DNA of 64,000 nt, from positions 1,383,930-1,447,929 of the forward strand of contig CBDDFZ010000002.1 in assembly GCA_965227515.1 (NCBI GenBank), written 5' to 3'. The notes under the pieces are model-generated. The model saw nothing but the letters and a program-made list of their open reading frames with translations, did no database searches and was not told the origin of the DNA. Of the stretch, positions 1 through 10,061 are shown piece by piece. Position numbers and translations under genes: made by a program. How positions within the stretch are numbered: the first letter of the stretch is position 1; each line of letters begins with the position of its first letter. Source of the DNA: Alphaproteobacteria bacterium. Its GTDB lineage: Bacteria > Pseudomonadota > Alphaproteobacteria > CALKHQ01.

Positions 1-1434
1 TGGGGCTATGCCGGCGTGCTGAACCTGGGCCAGGGCCTGTTCTTCGGGCTCGGCGCCTACATGCTGGCGATGTCGCTGAAGCTGGCCAGTCCGACCAGCC
101 TAGCCCAAGGCTCCGACCAGCCGATCCCCGATTTCATGATGTGGACTTCGGAGCCCGGGGCGGAGCTTGACCTGTGCTGCATCACCGGCGGTTCGTTCCT
201 GTGGATCCCGTTCGAGAATCAGTGGTTCGGCGTGTTCATGGGTATCGTGCTGCCGGTGCTGGTGGCGACCCTGGTCGGCTATGTGCTGTTCCGGCTGCGC
301 ATCTCCGGCGTGTTCATCGCAATCATCACCCTGGCGCTGGTGCTGCTGGTCCGGCTGATCGTCATCGACGCCCAGCCGGTCACCAACGGCTTCAACGGCC
401 TGACCGACCTTGGCTGGTTCACGGTCAACGATTTCGAGCTCGACCCCTATTTCGTCGAGACCTACTACGTCATCGCCGTCGTGACGGCGCTGGTGCTGAT
501 CTTTGCGCGATGGCTGGTCAGCACGCGCGCGGGCCTGATCCTGCAGTCGATCCGCGACGACGCCAACCGCGCTCGCTTCCTGGGCTTCAACGTCGCCCAC
601 TACCAGACCTTTTTCTTCGCGGTCTCGGCCGGCATCGCGGGGCTGGCCGGCATGCTGTTCGTGATGGCATCCGAGTTCGCGTCGCCCACGTTCATGGACC
701 TGGCCTTCTCCATCACCATGGTGGTTTGGGCCGCGGTCGGCGGGCGCCATTCGCTGCTGGGCGCGTGCATCGGCGCCTTCCTGGTCAACTTCATCGAGGA
801 CACGGTCAGCGAGACCGACGCGCTGGTGGAGGCGTGGAAAGCGATCATCGGCTTGCTGTTCGTGCTGGTGGTGCTGTTCCTGCCGCGCGGGCTGGCCGGC
901 TTCGCCAACGATGTGGTCGACCGGTACTTGCGGTTCGTACGCACGCCTCATGCGGCGCGGCGCCTGCCCTATCCGCGCGTGGCCGCGCTCATCTGCATGG
1001 CCTTCGTGGTGACCATGCTGCTGCCGTGGATGTCATTGAACGAGGAGGCGAACTCGATGTTCGATGCCGCGTTCCTCGGCTTCCCCGGAGGCGGATGGTT
1101 CGGCCTGGCGATGCAGATCGCGATCATCCTGGCCATCCTGATCGGCATCTTCGGCGCCATCATCATGGCGTCGGAAAAGACCCTGCGCAGGGCGGCCGCC
1201 ATAGCACCGGGCGTGTACATGCTGGCCGTGGTGCTGGTGTTCGCCATCGTTCTGTTTGCTGCCGTGCTGGCCGTTGAAGGCATGCAAGCGGAGTACGGTT
1301 TCTTCCTCGGTGCGGCAGTGGCCATAGGGCTGATCGCTTACGGATTGCTGGCACCCGCCCAGCCGCATGCAGTCACCGAAACGCAGCAAGACGCCGGCCC
1401 GGCAATCTCTGACGAGAGCAAGGCTGATGCGTGA
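1..1434 (+). CDS. urtC: Urea/short-chain amide ABC transporter permease UrtC-like; 5'-truncated by the window edge, with an extra hydrophobic C-terminal extension
   Basis: Frame is open from base 1 (WGYAGVLNLGQG, a typical UrtC motif). Contains the LivM-type motifs 'TNGFNGL', 'SIRDD..RARFLG' and 'WAAVGGR.SLLGA'. Followed by two ABC ATPases. Confidence 0.8.
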   Translation, partial: WGYAGVLNLGQGLFFGLGAYMLAMSLKLASPTSLAQGSDQPIPDFMMWTSEPGAELDLCCITGGSFLWIPFENQWFGVFMGIVLPVLVATLVGYVLFRLRISGVFIAIITLALVLLVRLIVIDAQPVTNGFNGLTDLGWFTVNDFELDPYFVETYYVIAVVTALVLIFARWLVSTRAGLILQSIRDDANRARFLGFNVAHYQTFFFAVSAGIAGLAGMLFVMASEFASPTFMDLAFSITMVVWAAVGGRHSLLGACIGAFLVNFIEDTVSETDALVEAWKAIIGLLFVLVVLFLPRGLAGFANDVVDRYLRFVRTPHAARRLPYPRVAALICMAFVVTMLLPWMSLNEEANSMFDAAFLGFPGGGWFGLAMQIAIILAILIGIFGAIIMASEKTLRRAAAIAPGVYMLAVVLVFAIVLFAAVLAVEGMQAEYGFFLGAAVAIGLIAYGLLAPAQPHAVTETQQDAGPAISDESKADA

Positions 1435-1476
1435 TCCGGGAACATTTGCGCGGGCGATGAACCCGGGGGTGCGGTC

Positions 1477-2259
1477 ATGAGCGACACGTCCGGCATGACG
1501 GGCGGCACGACGGGCGGCACGGCGCTGAAGGTCGACCAGCTCGAACTCGACTACGGCGGGTTCAAGGCGGTCGACGGCTTCTCCATGGAGGTGGCCGAGG
1601 GCGAGCTTCGCGTCCTGATCGGCGCCAATGGTGCCGGCAAGACCACGCTGATGGACCTGATCAGCGGCAAGACCAAGTCGACCGCCGGCAAGGTCTTTCT
1701 GCACGGCACCGACATCACCAACCGGCAGGAGCACCAGATTGCGCGCGCCGGTGTCGGCCGCAAGTTCCAGATCCCGAGCGTGTTCCGCGACCTGTCTGTG
1801 CGCCAGAATTTGAGCGTCGCCGCGACCGAGAGCAAGAGCGTGCTCGGCAATATCGGCCTTGGCCTGCGCCGCGCGCGCCGCGACGAGGTCGACCGCATCC
1901 TGGGCCTGATCGAGCTGCGCGAAAAGGCCGACGATGCCGCCAGCACCCTGTCGCATGGCGAGACCCAGTGGCTGGAACTCGGCATGCTGATGATCCAGGA
2001 CCCGAAGATCATCCTGCTCGACGAGCCGACCGCCGGCATGACCCATGCGGAGACCCTGAAGACGTCGCGCATCGTCAACGCCATGAAGGGCGAGCACACC
2101 ATCCTGGTCGTCGAGCACGACATGAGCTTCGTCAAGGAGATCGCCAACACCATCACCGTCATGCACCTGGGCAAGCGGCTGGCGGAAGGCACCGTCGACG
2201 AGATCGAGAACGATGCGGCCGTGAAGCAGGCCTATCTGGGCAGCGGGGGCATCCACTGA
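1477..2259 (+). CDS. urtD: ABC ATP-binding protein UrtD-like
   Basis: Walker [10 protein letters not shown], 'GRKFQIP', [10 protein letters not shown] signature, LLDEP, and C-terminal 'YLG'. Confidence 0.82.
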   Translation: MSDTSGMTGGTTGGTALKVDQLELDYGGFKAVDGFSMEVAEGELRVLIGANGAGKTTLMDLISGKTKSTAGKVFLHGTDITNRQEHQIARAGVGRKFQIPSVFRDLSVRQNLSVAATESKSVLGNIGLGLRRARRDEVDRILGLIELREKADDAASTLSHGETQWLELGMLMIQDPKIILLDEPTAGMTHAETLKTSRIVNAMKGEHTILVVEHDMSFVKEIANTITVMHLGKRLAEGTVDEIENDAAVKQAYLGSGGIH

Positions 2260-2951
2260 TGCTGTCGCTGGACCACGTCAACAGCTTCTACGGGCGCAGC
2301 CAGATCCTGCACGATCTGTCGCTGGAGGCGCGCGAGGGCGAGATCGTCGCCATTCTGGGCCGCAATGGCGTCGGCAAGACCACCTTGATGAAAACCATCA
2401 TGGGGCTGACCGACCGCATCGAAGGCACGATCCGGCTGCAGGACGTCGACCTGAGCCGGCGGTCGACGTTCGACCGGGCCCGCGCCGGCATCGCCTATGT
2501 GCCCCAGGGGCGCGAGATCATTCCCGATTTCACGGTGCGCGAGAACATCCTGATGGGGTGCTTCGCCCGCCCCGGCGAGCCCCGGCGGGTGCCCGACCTG
2601 GCGATGGAGCTGTTCCCCTATCTGCGCGAGAACATGGGCAAGCCCGGCGGTCTGCTGTCGGGCGGCCAGCAGCAGCAACTGGCCATTGCGCGCGCGTTGG
2701 CGGCGAAGCCGACCGTGCTGTTGCTCGACGAGCCGACCGAGGGCATCCAGCCCAACATCGTCGAGCTGATCGAGGGCGCGATCCAGACACTGAACCAGAC
2801 CCTGGGGCTCACGATCTTGTTGGTGGAGCAGAACGTTGCCTTTGCCCGGTCGGCGGCGCATCATTTCGCGATGATGGTCAAGGGCAGCGTGGTGGCGGCG
2901 GGGTCCGTCGCGGAACTGACCGATGCAGTGGTCGCGGAGCACATGATCTAG
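2259..2951 (+). CDS. urtE: ABC ATP-binding protein UrtE-like
   Basis: ATG overlaps the urtD stop (TGATG). Motifs [32 protein letters not shown] and [10 protein letters not shown]. Confidence 0.85.
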   Translation: MLSLDHVNSFYGRSQILHDLSLEAREGEIVAILGRNGVGKTTLMKTIMGLTDRIEGTIRLQDVDLSRRSTFDRARAGIAYVPQGREIIPDFTVRENILMGCFARPGEPRRVPDLAMELFPYLRENMGKPGGLLSGGQQQQLAIARALAAKPTVLLLDEPTEGIQPNIVELIEGAIQTLNQTLGLTILLVEQNVAFARSAAHHFAMMVKGSVVAAGSVAELTDAVVAEHMI

Positions 2952-3046
2952 CCTGTCCCGGCAGGTGCGGCTGCGCGCTGCGAACAACAACGGCCCGCCG
3001 ATGGCGCAAAACGGCGCGGGCCGATCATCTAGAGAGGAGAGGCGTC

Positions 3047-4087
3047 ATGTATCACGGTGACATTTCCAGCAGTAACGACACGGTCGGCGTGGCCGTCGTC
3101 AACTACAAGATGCCGCGCATGCACACCAAGGACGAGGTGCTGGCCAATGCGCGCAACATCGCCTCGATGATGGAAGGCATGAAGATCGGCCTGCCCGGCA
3201 TGGATCTGTGCATATTCCCGGAATATTCGACCCACGGCATCATGTACGACGAGAAGGAGATGTACGAGACCGCCTCGTCGGTGCCGGGCGAGGAGACCGA
3301 GATTTTCGCGGCCGCCTGCCGGAAGACCAAGTGCTGGGGCGTGTTCTCGCTGACAGGCGAGCGCCATGAGGAGCACCCGAACAAGGCGCCGTACAACACC
3401 CTGATCCTGATGAACGACCAGGGCGAGATCGTGCAGAAGTACCGCAAGATCATGCCGTGGGTGCCGATCGAGGGCTGGTATCCGGGCAACTGCACCTACG
3501 TGACCGAGGGTCCGAAGGGCATGAAGGTCAGCCTGATCATCTGCGATGACGGCAACTATCCGGAAATCTGGCGCGACTGCGCGATGAAGGGCGCCGAACT
3601 GATCGTGCGCTGCCAGGGCTACATGTACCCGGCGAAGGACCAGCAGGTGGTGATGGCCAAGGCGATGGCGTGGGCCAACAACACCTATGTGGCGGTCGCC
3701 AACGCGTCGGGCTTCGACGGCGTCTACTCGTACTTCGGCCACTCCGCCATCGTCGGCTTCGACGGCCGCACGCTGGGCGAGTGCGCGGAGGAGGAGAACG
3801 GCATCCAGTACGCGCAGCTTTCCGTCAGCGCCATCCGTGACGCGCGGGCCAACATGCAGTCGCAGAACCACCTGTTCAAGCTGCTGCACCGTGGCTACAC
3901 CGGCATGATCAATTCCGGCGACGGCGACCGTGGCCTGGCCGAGTGCCCCTACGATTTCTACAAGAACTGGATCACCGATCCGGAGGGCACCCGCGAGGCG
4001 GTCGAGGCAATCACCCGCAAGACCGTGGGCACCGAGGAATGCCCGATGGACGGCATTCCGAACCAGAAAACGGCGACCCACCGCTAG
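3047..4087 (+). CDS. amiE: Aliphatic amidase (nitrilase superfamily)
   Basis: N-terminus [24 protein letters not shown] matches AmiE. Catalytic E-K-C motifs FPEYS, YRKIMPW and [16 protein letters not shown] ribosome-binding site upstream. Confidence 0.93.
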   Translation: MYHGDISSSNDTVGVAVVNYKMPRMHTKDEVLANARNIASMMEGMKIGLPGMDLCIFPEYSTHGIMYDEKEMYETASSVPGEETEIFAAACRKTKCWGVFSLTGERHEEHPNKAPYNTLILMNDQGEIVQKYRKIMPWVPIEGWYPGNCTYVTEGPKGMKVSLIICDDGNYPEIWRDCAMKGAELIVRCQGYMYPAKDQQVVMAKAMAWANNTYVAVANASGFDGVYSYFGHSAIVGFDGRTLGECAEEENGIQYAQLSVSAIRDARANMQSQNHLFKLLHRGYTGMINSGDGDRGLAECPYDFYKNWITDPEGTREAVEAITRKTVGTEECPMDGIPNQKTATHR

Positions 4088-4158
4088 GGCGAGTTGGATC
4101 GCCGAAGGTCTTCGGCGGGTTGTTTCATCGACTCGCCGAAGTTTCTCTTCTAGCTCAA

Positions 4159-4267
4159 CGTCATGGCCGGGCTTGACCCGGCCATCCACGTAGATGCAGC
4201 GAGACGGTGGCCGCGCCGAAGTATGGCAACTGCCGCGTGGATGCGCGGATCAAGTCCGCGCATGACG
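4159..4267. repeat. Alphaproteobacterial REP/MITE-like palindromic element, copy 1
   Basis: CGTCATGGCCGGGCTTGACCCGGCCATCCACG ... CGTGGATGCGCGGATCAAGTCCGCGCATGACG: two hairpins in inverted arrangement. Related copies at 16151 and 61961. Confidence 0.8.
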
Positions 4268-4335
4268 AAGGAAATCGAAGGGCAAGGTAGCGTCGGCGTG
4301 TGCGGCTGACGCGCTATTCTGGCCACGGAAACTGT

Positions 4336-5133
4336 ATGTCGATCGAGCAATATCTGATCGCCGAGGAGCCCTACTACCGGCCCATCGGCAACGAAGTGGC
4401 GCTGTTCGAGGCCGCCTACAGGCAGCGCATGCCGATGATGCTGAAGGGCCCCACCGGCTGCGGCAAGACCCGGTTCATCGAGCACATGGCCTGGCGGCTG
4501 AAGAAGCCGCTGATCACCGTCTCCTGCCACGAGGACATGACGGCATCTGACCTGGTCGGCCGCTTTCTGCTGGAGGCCGACGGCACGGTGTGGCGCGACG
4601 GTCCGCTGACCACGGCGGTGCGCGAGGGCGCGATCTGCTATCTCGACGAGATCGTGGAGGCGCGGCAGGACACCACGGTGGTGATCCACTCGCTGACCGA
4701 CGAGCGCCGCGTGCTGCCGCTGGAAAAGAAGAACGAGCTGGTGCGCGCGCACCCCGACTTCCAGCTCGTCATCTCTTACAACCCCGGCTACCAGAGCGTG
4801 CTGAAGGACCTGAAGGAGTCGACCAAGCAGCGCTTCGGCGCCATCGAATTCGGCTATCCCGACGCCGCCATCGAGGCCGAGATCGTCGCCCACGAGGCCG
4901 AGGTCGACAAGGACCTGTCGCAGCGCCTGATCACCATTGCCGAGCGGTCGCGCAACCTGAAGGGCCACGGCCTGGAAGAGGGGGCATCGACCCGCATGCT
5001 GGTCCACGCCGCGCAACTGACGGCGGAGGGCGTGCCCCTGGGCGAGGCCTGCCAGGTGGCCCTGGTGCTGCCGATCACCGACGACGAGGACATGCGCGAC
5101 GCGTTGTCCTCCGCCATCTCGGCATGCACCTAA
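4336..5133 (+). CDS. CbbQ/NirQ/NorQ family MoxR AAA+ ATPase
   Basis: Walker A GPTGCGKT, '[15 protein letters not shown]', 'DGPLT', Walker [13 protein letters not shown], 'SYNPGYQ', 'LKESTKQRF' and 'STRML'. Confidence 0.9.
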   Translation: MSIEQYLIAEEPYYRPIGNEVALFEAAYRQRMPMMLKGPTGCGKTRFIEHMAWRLKKPLITVSCHEDMTASDLVGRFLLEADGTVWRDGPLTTAVREGAICYLDEIVEARQDTTVVIHSLTDERRVLPLEKKNELVRAHPDFQLVISYNPGYQSVLKDLKESTKQRFGAIEFGYPDAAIEAEIVAHEAEVDKDLSQRLITIAERSRNLKGHGLEEGASTRMLVHAAQLTAEGVPLGEACQVALVLPITDDEDMRDALSSAISACT

Positions 5134-5159
5134 ACCGTCGCCCCAGCAGGTGCTGAACG

Positions 5160-7433
5160 ATGGCGGACGCGCACCCGGCATTCCTGCGCGTCGTGGGCGC
5201 TGAAGACGCCGCACCTACGCCGGACCCGCAGCTCGCGCAGGCTTTTCCCGGAGACGCCACCGCCCGTTGGTTGCGCGCGGTGCGCAAGCTCGACGGCGCC
5301 GGCTACGGCAAGGCGGTCGTCGCCGCCTATGAACGGCAATCGCCAAAGATCGCGCTCGTCATCGGGCCGGATGGCGCCATCGAGCTGGCCGATACCGTGT
5401 CCGCGGTGGCGATCAAGGCAGGCGTCGCGGCGGCGGCGATGCTGCCCGCGGCCGCCCTGACCGTCGCCGAGCGGCTGGACGACCTCGCGCGCTACCGCTC
5501 CTGGCTCAGCCTGATGCAGCGTTTCACGGCGCTGGCGCCTGAGTCCGTCGGCGTGGTGCTGGAGCGGATGGACCAGTTGATCCGCGCGCTCAACGTCTCT
5601 CGGCTGGAGGCGTGGCTGCTGGCCGGCATCCGCGCCGCCGGCAGCGACCGCCAGCGCCGACTAAGCTTCTTCTCCATGGAGGACCCGGAGGCCGAGCGCT
5701 GGTTGCAGCGCGAAACCGGCGACGTGCTGTTCAGCGACGTCGAGCGCCGGATGAAGGCGTTCCTGACCGCCATGTGGCAGGTGCGGGTGCCGATCCGCGA
5801 GCCCAGCCTGAGCGCGCCGGCGCCGATGCGCCGCCGGCCCGGCTTCGGGCCTGGCATCATCCGCATGCCGGCGACGTTCCCGGGCTTCCGTGGCCGCAAG
5901 GCAGAGGACCTTTTCCGTGCCGCGCTGGCCCACATCGGCGCGCACTATCACTATTCGACCACCAAATTCCCCATCGGCCAGCTGAAGCCGATGCAGGTCG
6001 CCCTTGTCTCGCTGATCGAGGACGCGCGGGTCGAGCACCTGGCGATGCGCGCCTTTCCCGGCCTGAAGCGGCTGTGGTTCCCGTTCCACATCGCCCAGTC
6101 CAGCGGGTCGACCACGGCACCCAGCCTGATGGCGCGGCTGTCGCGCGCGCTGATCGACGCCGACTTCGAGGACGTCGATGCCTGGGTCAACAAGGGCCGG
6201 CACATGTTCTACGCGGTCGAGGAGCATTGGCACGATCCGGCCATCAGCCGGCACATCGGCAACTTGCTCGGTAACGATTTGGGCCAGCTCCGCATCCAGT
6301 TCAACGCCAAGGTCTACGTGCCCGAGCCGCCCTACCGCGACGACAACATGGGGCTGTGGGATTTCGGCGACGATGCCGCCCACATCGAGGAGACCGAGAT
6401 CGTGCTCGACAGCGTCCGCCTGCTGGAGCAGGAGGAGGACGACCCCGACCCGCCCGACCGCGACCGGGACGAGGGGACCGAGGAAGAGACGCCCAATGTC
6501 GCCAACGTGTCGCCGGAGGACGCGGTAGAGGATGGCATCCCGGTCGCGCGCTATCCGGAGTACGACTACGCCACCGGGCGCGAGCGCGCCGAGTGGACCA
6601 CACTGGTGGAATACCGTCCGACGCCGGGTCCGCTCGACAGGGCGCAGGAGATCCTGGACCGGCACCATGGCCTCGTCACCCGCATCTCCAACCTCATCCG
6701 GTCGGCCCGGGTCAGCCGGCCGATGCGCCTGAAGCGCCAGCCGGAGGGCGATCAGCTCGACATCGACGCCTGCATTGCCGCCGCGGTCAGTCGGCGCGCC
6801 GGCGACACGCCCGACCCGCGCGTCTATCAGACCACCGAGCGGCGCAATCGCGACCTCTCGGTGCTGCTGCTGCTCGATGTCTCCGAATCGACCCGCGACC
6901 GGCTGCGCGACGGCTTCGCCAGCGTGCTGCAGGTAGAGCGCGAGGCGACCCTGATGCTGGCCCACGCCATGGACGGTCTCGGCGATCCGTTCGCCATCGC
7001 TGCCTTCTCGTCGAACGGTCGCGAGGACGTGCGTTACCAGCGCATCAAGGATTTCGGCCAGCCCTACGACGCGATGGCGCAGCGCCATCTGTCGGGTTTG
7101 GAGAGCGGGCTGTCGACCCGGCTGGGGGCTGCCATGCGCCATGCCGGCGCCGACCTGGAGCGCCAGCTCACCCATCGCCGCCTGCTGCTGGTGGTGACCG
7201 ACGGCGAGCCGTCCGACATCGACGTCGACGACCGGCAGTATCTGGTGGAGGACGCGCGCCGCGCCGTCATCAACCTCGCCGACAAGGGCATCGACACCTT
7301 CTGCGTCGGGCTCGACAGCGGCGGCGACAGCTACCTCAGCCGCATCTTCGGCCGCCGCAACGCGATCCAGATCGACCGGCTGGAACGGTTGCCGGAGAAA
7401 CTGCCGATGCTCTACTTCCGCCTGACAGCCTGA
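5160..7433 (+). CDS. CbbO/NorD-like von Willebrand A domain protein
   Basis: 757 aa. 'IEDARVE', 'YRDDN' and 'YPEYDY' motifs, an acidic linker, and a C-terminal VWA with MIDAS residues (LLLDVSEST, STRLG, VTDGEP). Directly follows the CbbQ-like ATPase. Confidence 0.88.
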   Translation: MADAHPAFLRVVGAEDAAPTPDPQLAQAFPGDATARWLRAVRKLDGAGYGKAVVAAYERQSPKIALVIGPDGAIELADTVSAVAIKAGVAAAAMLPAAALTVAERLDDLARYRSWLSLMQRFTALAPESVGVVLERMDQLIRALNVSRLEAWLLAGIRAAGSDRQRRLSFFSMEDPEAERWLQRETGDVLFSDVERRMKAFLTAMWQVRVPIREPSLSAPAPMRRRPGFGPGIIRMPATFPGFRGRKAEDLFRAALAHIGAHYHYSTTKFPIGQLKPMQVALVSLIEDARVEHLAMRAFPGLKRLWFPFHIAQSSGSTTAPSLMARLSRALIDADFEDVDAWVNKGRHMFYAVEEHWHDPAISRHIGNLLGNDLGQLRIQFNAKVYVPEPPYRDDNMGLWDFGDDAAHIEETEIVLDSVRLLEQEEDDPDPPDRDRDEGTEEETPNVANVSPEDAVEDGIPVARYPEYDYATGRERAEWTTLVEYRPTPGPLDRAQEILDRHHGLVTRISNLIRSARVSRPMRLKRQPEGDQLDIDACIAAAVSRRAGDTPDPRVYQTTERRNRDLSVLLLLDVSESTRDRLRDGFASVLQVEREATLMLAHAMDGLGDPFAIAAFSSNGREDVRYQRIKDFGQPYDAMAQRHLSGLESGLSTRLGAAMRHAGADLERQLTHRRLLLVVTDGEPSDIDVDDRQYLVEDARRAVINLADKGIDTFCVGLDSGGDSYLSRIFGRRNAIQIDRLERLPEKLPMLYFRLTA

Positions 7434-7478
7434 ACTGAGAACCAGCGCAAGACGCGCGCCAAAGAGGGGGACCCCACG

Positions 7479-9002
7479 ATGACCTTGCGCCGCCCATCCA
7501 TCGACGACCTGATCACCATCGGCGAACGCGCCCACATCAACCTCAACGACGACGAGTTGGAGGTGCTGCCCGCCATCGTCGACGCCGTGCTTGAGGGCTA
7601 CGACGCGCTGGACCAGTACCCCGACCCGGTGCGCAAGGTGACGCCAGCGGTGCGCGTGCCCGGCCCCCGGCCAACGCCGGAGGAAGACCCGCTGAACGGC
7701 ATCGTGCGGACCTGCAGCGTGCAGGCGGTGCCGGAGGTGAACAACGGCCCGCTGTCGGGCAAGTCCATCGGGGTCAAGGACACCATTGCCGTCGCCGGCA
7801 TCCCGATGACCTGCGCGTCGCGGCTGCTCTACGACTACACGCCGGATATCGACGCCACCATCGTGGAGCGGATGCTGAAGGCCGGTGCCCACATCACCGC
7901 CGTGCTGAACACCTGTGACTTCGCGTTCTCCGGCGGCGGCCACACCTCCACCTACGGGCCGGGGTGCAATCCGGCCGCGCCTGACCATGCCGCCGGCGGC
8001 TCGTCCTGCGGTTCGGCGATCGCGCCGGCGGAGGGCGTCGTCGATATCGCGCTCGGCGGCGACCAGGGCGGCTCGATCCGCATTCCGGCGTCGTGGTCAG
8101 GTGTTGTCGGCCACAAGCCGACCCATGGCCTGGTGCCCTATACCGGCATCGTCGGCTTCGACCAGACCATCGACCACATCGGCCCGATGGCGATGACGGT
8201 GGAGGACTGCGCCCTCTTGATGGGCGTGATCGCCGGCAAGGACGAGAGCGCCATCGACCCGCGCCAGCCCGACACTATCGACGTGCCGGACTATGTCGGC
8301 GGGCTGACCGGCGACATAAGCGGCCTGAAGATCGCAGTGGTTCAGGAAGGCTTCGGCGGGCCGGAGGCGATGGCCCAGGTCGACGAGGCGGTGCGCGCGG
8401 CAGCGTCTAAGCTCGGCGGGATGGGCGCCACCGTGGAAGAGGTCTCGGTGCCGCAGCACATGATGGGCGTGCCGTTGTGGAACTGCATCGCCATCGAGGG
8501 CGGGGTCGACAGCTTCTATCACGGCCACACCAACTACGGCACCAAGGGCTGGTACAACCCGCGCCTGATCTCGGCGATGTCGCGGGCGATCAAGACCAAT
8601 GGCGGCGACTTCTCGCCCACGGCCAAGCTGGGCGTGCTGGTCTACCACTACATGAAGGACCAGTATCACGGCGTGTTCTACGGCCGGGCGCAGAACCTCG
8701 CCCGCCAGCTCACCAAGGCCTATGACGAAGTGTTCGCCGACTTCGACCTGGTGCTGATGCCGACAACGCCGCAGACGGCGCACAAGATGCCGGCGATGCC
8801 GGAGGAGGACCGCGCCGAGCATATCGGCCAGGCGCTCAACATGGTGCGCAACACCTGCGTGTTCGACATGACCGGCCACCCGTCGATCTCGGTACCGGTG
8901 AAGGGCGCGGGCGACCTGCCGATCGGCCTGATGCTGACCGGCCGCCAGTTCGACGACGCGACCGTGCTGCGCGCCGCCCACGCCTACGAGCAGGGGGCTT
9001 AG
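7479..9002 (+). CDS. Amidase-signature family amidase
   Basis: GVKD (catalytic Lys), GGSSCGS, GGDQGGSIRIPASW (Ser-cisSer-Lys triad) and GHKPTHGLVP. Confidence 0.9.
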   Translation: MTLRRPSIDDLITIGERAHINLNDDELEVLPAIVDAVLEGYDALDQYPDPVRKVTPAVRVPGPRPTPEEDPLNGIVRTCSVQAVPEVNNGPLSGKSIGVKDTIAVAGIPMTCASRLLYDYTPDIDATIVERMLKAGAHITAVLNTCDFAFSGGGHTSTYGPGCNPAAPDHAAGGSSCGSAIAPAEGVVDIALGGDQGGSIRIPASWSGVVGHKPTHGLVPYTGIVGFDQTIDHIGPMAMTVEDCALLMGVIAGKDESAIDPRQPDTIDVPDYVGGLTGDISGLKIAVVQEGFGGPEAMAQVDEAVRAAASKLGGMGATVEEVSVPQHMMGVPLWNCIAIEGGVDSFYHGHTNYGTKGWYNPRLISAMSRAIKTNGGDFSPTAKLGVLVYHYMKDQYHGVFYGRAQNLARQLTKAYDEVFADFDLVLMPTTPQTAHKMPAMPEEDRAEHIGQALNMVRNTCVFDMTGHPSISVPVKGAGDLPIGLMLTGRQFDDATVLRAAHAYEQGA

Positions 9003-9016
9003 AGGCAGAGCCCAAC

Positions 9017-9222
9017 CCCTCACCCTCCCGCATACCTCCGGTTCGCGGGTCCCTCCCTCTCCCAGAGGGAGAGGGGTTAATGAGTAGCGCCGGCCACTAC
9101 CCCTCTCCCTCTGGGAGAGGGGCCATTTCACCCTCTCCCTCAGGGAGAGGGAGGGACCCAAACCTGTCCTTGGGCCGGCCTTGAGCCGGTCCCGAGGGCC
9201 GGCAGGTTTGGGAGGGTGAGGG
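9017..9222. repeat. BoxC-like composite palindromic repeat
   Basis: Outer inverted pair CCCTCACCCTCCC / GGGAGGGTGAGGG enclosing three CCCTCTCCC-N(2-3)-GGGAGAGGG hairpins, between convergent genes. Confidence 0.75.
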
Positions 9223-9231
9223 TGTACCGAG

Positions 9232-10038
9232 TCAGCCCACATTCGCTGCGGTGAGGTCGACCATGTTCGTGTTGCGGCCGGAGACGTCGCGGCCGTGGAC
9301 CAGGAAGATCGGGCGCGCGCCGAAGTCGGGTGCCGAGGTACCCTTGGCGCCCTCCACCGTCGGCAGGTCGCGCTCGAACACCGACGTCGCCGGCATGTAG
9401 CGCAGCGCAACCCCGGCCCGCCTGCGGCCGGAGGTGTTCGGGTTCGACCCGTGGATCAGGTTGACGTCGTGCATCGACATCTGGCCCGGCGCCAGCACCA
9501 CGTCGGCTGCCTCGCCGGGGTCGAACGTGCCCTCGTCCAGGGCCTGGTTGAGGGCGAGGCCCGCGTCGTCGTCGGGATGGTGCGCGCGTAGCCCGCCATG
9601 ATGCGAGCCGGGGATGACGCGCATGCAGGCGTTGTCGGGCCCGCACTGGTCCAGCGCCACCCACACCGTGCACGTGGCCAGCGGGCGGATCGGCCAGTAG
9701 CGGCCGTCCTGGTGCCAGGGCACTTCCAGCCCGGTGCCCGCCGGCTTGCAGAACAGCGCGCAGCCCCACAGAATCAGGTCGGAGCCGATCAGGTCGGCAA
9801 CCCGCTCGACGATGTCGGCGTTGGTGGCGAGGTCGAGGAACGCCTGGTCGCCGCGCACGCCCTCCGGGCTGTCGGCCATGTGGACGTTCATCAGGTTCTC
9901 GGGCCGCTTGCCCGGATTGGCGGCCAGAACGCGCTCCAAGGCGTCGCGCAACCGCTCGACGGTCGCTGCCGGCAGCGTCAGGTCCGGCCGGATCCAGCCC
10001 GCCTGTTCGTATTCCGCGATTTCCTGTGTGCTCAGCAT
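9232..10038 (-). CDS. Phytanoyl-CoA dioxygenase (PhyH) family Fe(II)/2OG dioxygenase
   Basis: Start MLSTQEIAEYEQAGW. HxD motif WHQDG, 'TVWVALD', 'VIPGSH' and 'IHGS.PN.S..RR'. Confidence 0.85.
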   Translation of the reverse strand: MLSTQEIAEYEQAGWIRPDLTLPAATVERLRDALERVLAANPGKRPENLMNVHMADSPEGVRGDQAFLDLATNADIVERVADLIGSDLILWGCALFCKPAGTGLEVPWHQDGRYWPIRPLATCTVWVALDQCGPDNACMRVIPGSHHGGLRAHHPDDDAGLALNQALDEGTFDPGEAADVVLAPGQMSMHDVNLIHGSNPNTSGRRRAGVALRYMPATSVFERDLPTVEGAKGTSAPDFGARPIFLVHGRDVSGRNTNMVDLTAANVG

Positions 10039-10061
10039 TGCCCCGTCCGAAGCTGATCCCG

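Noticed and set aside
4336-7433. Reading the cbbQ/cbbO-like pair as evidence of carbon fixation or denitrification
   Set aside because: No Rubisco, phosphoribulokinase or nor genes occur in the window; the neighbours are amidases.
5661-7988. Long antisense or off-frame ORFs (e.g. 5661-7988, 10185-12245, 19505-21970, 50522-53014, 55740-57617)
   Set aside because: They overlap well-supported genes, have Arg/Gly/Ala-rich composition without motifs, and are expected in high-GC DNA.
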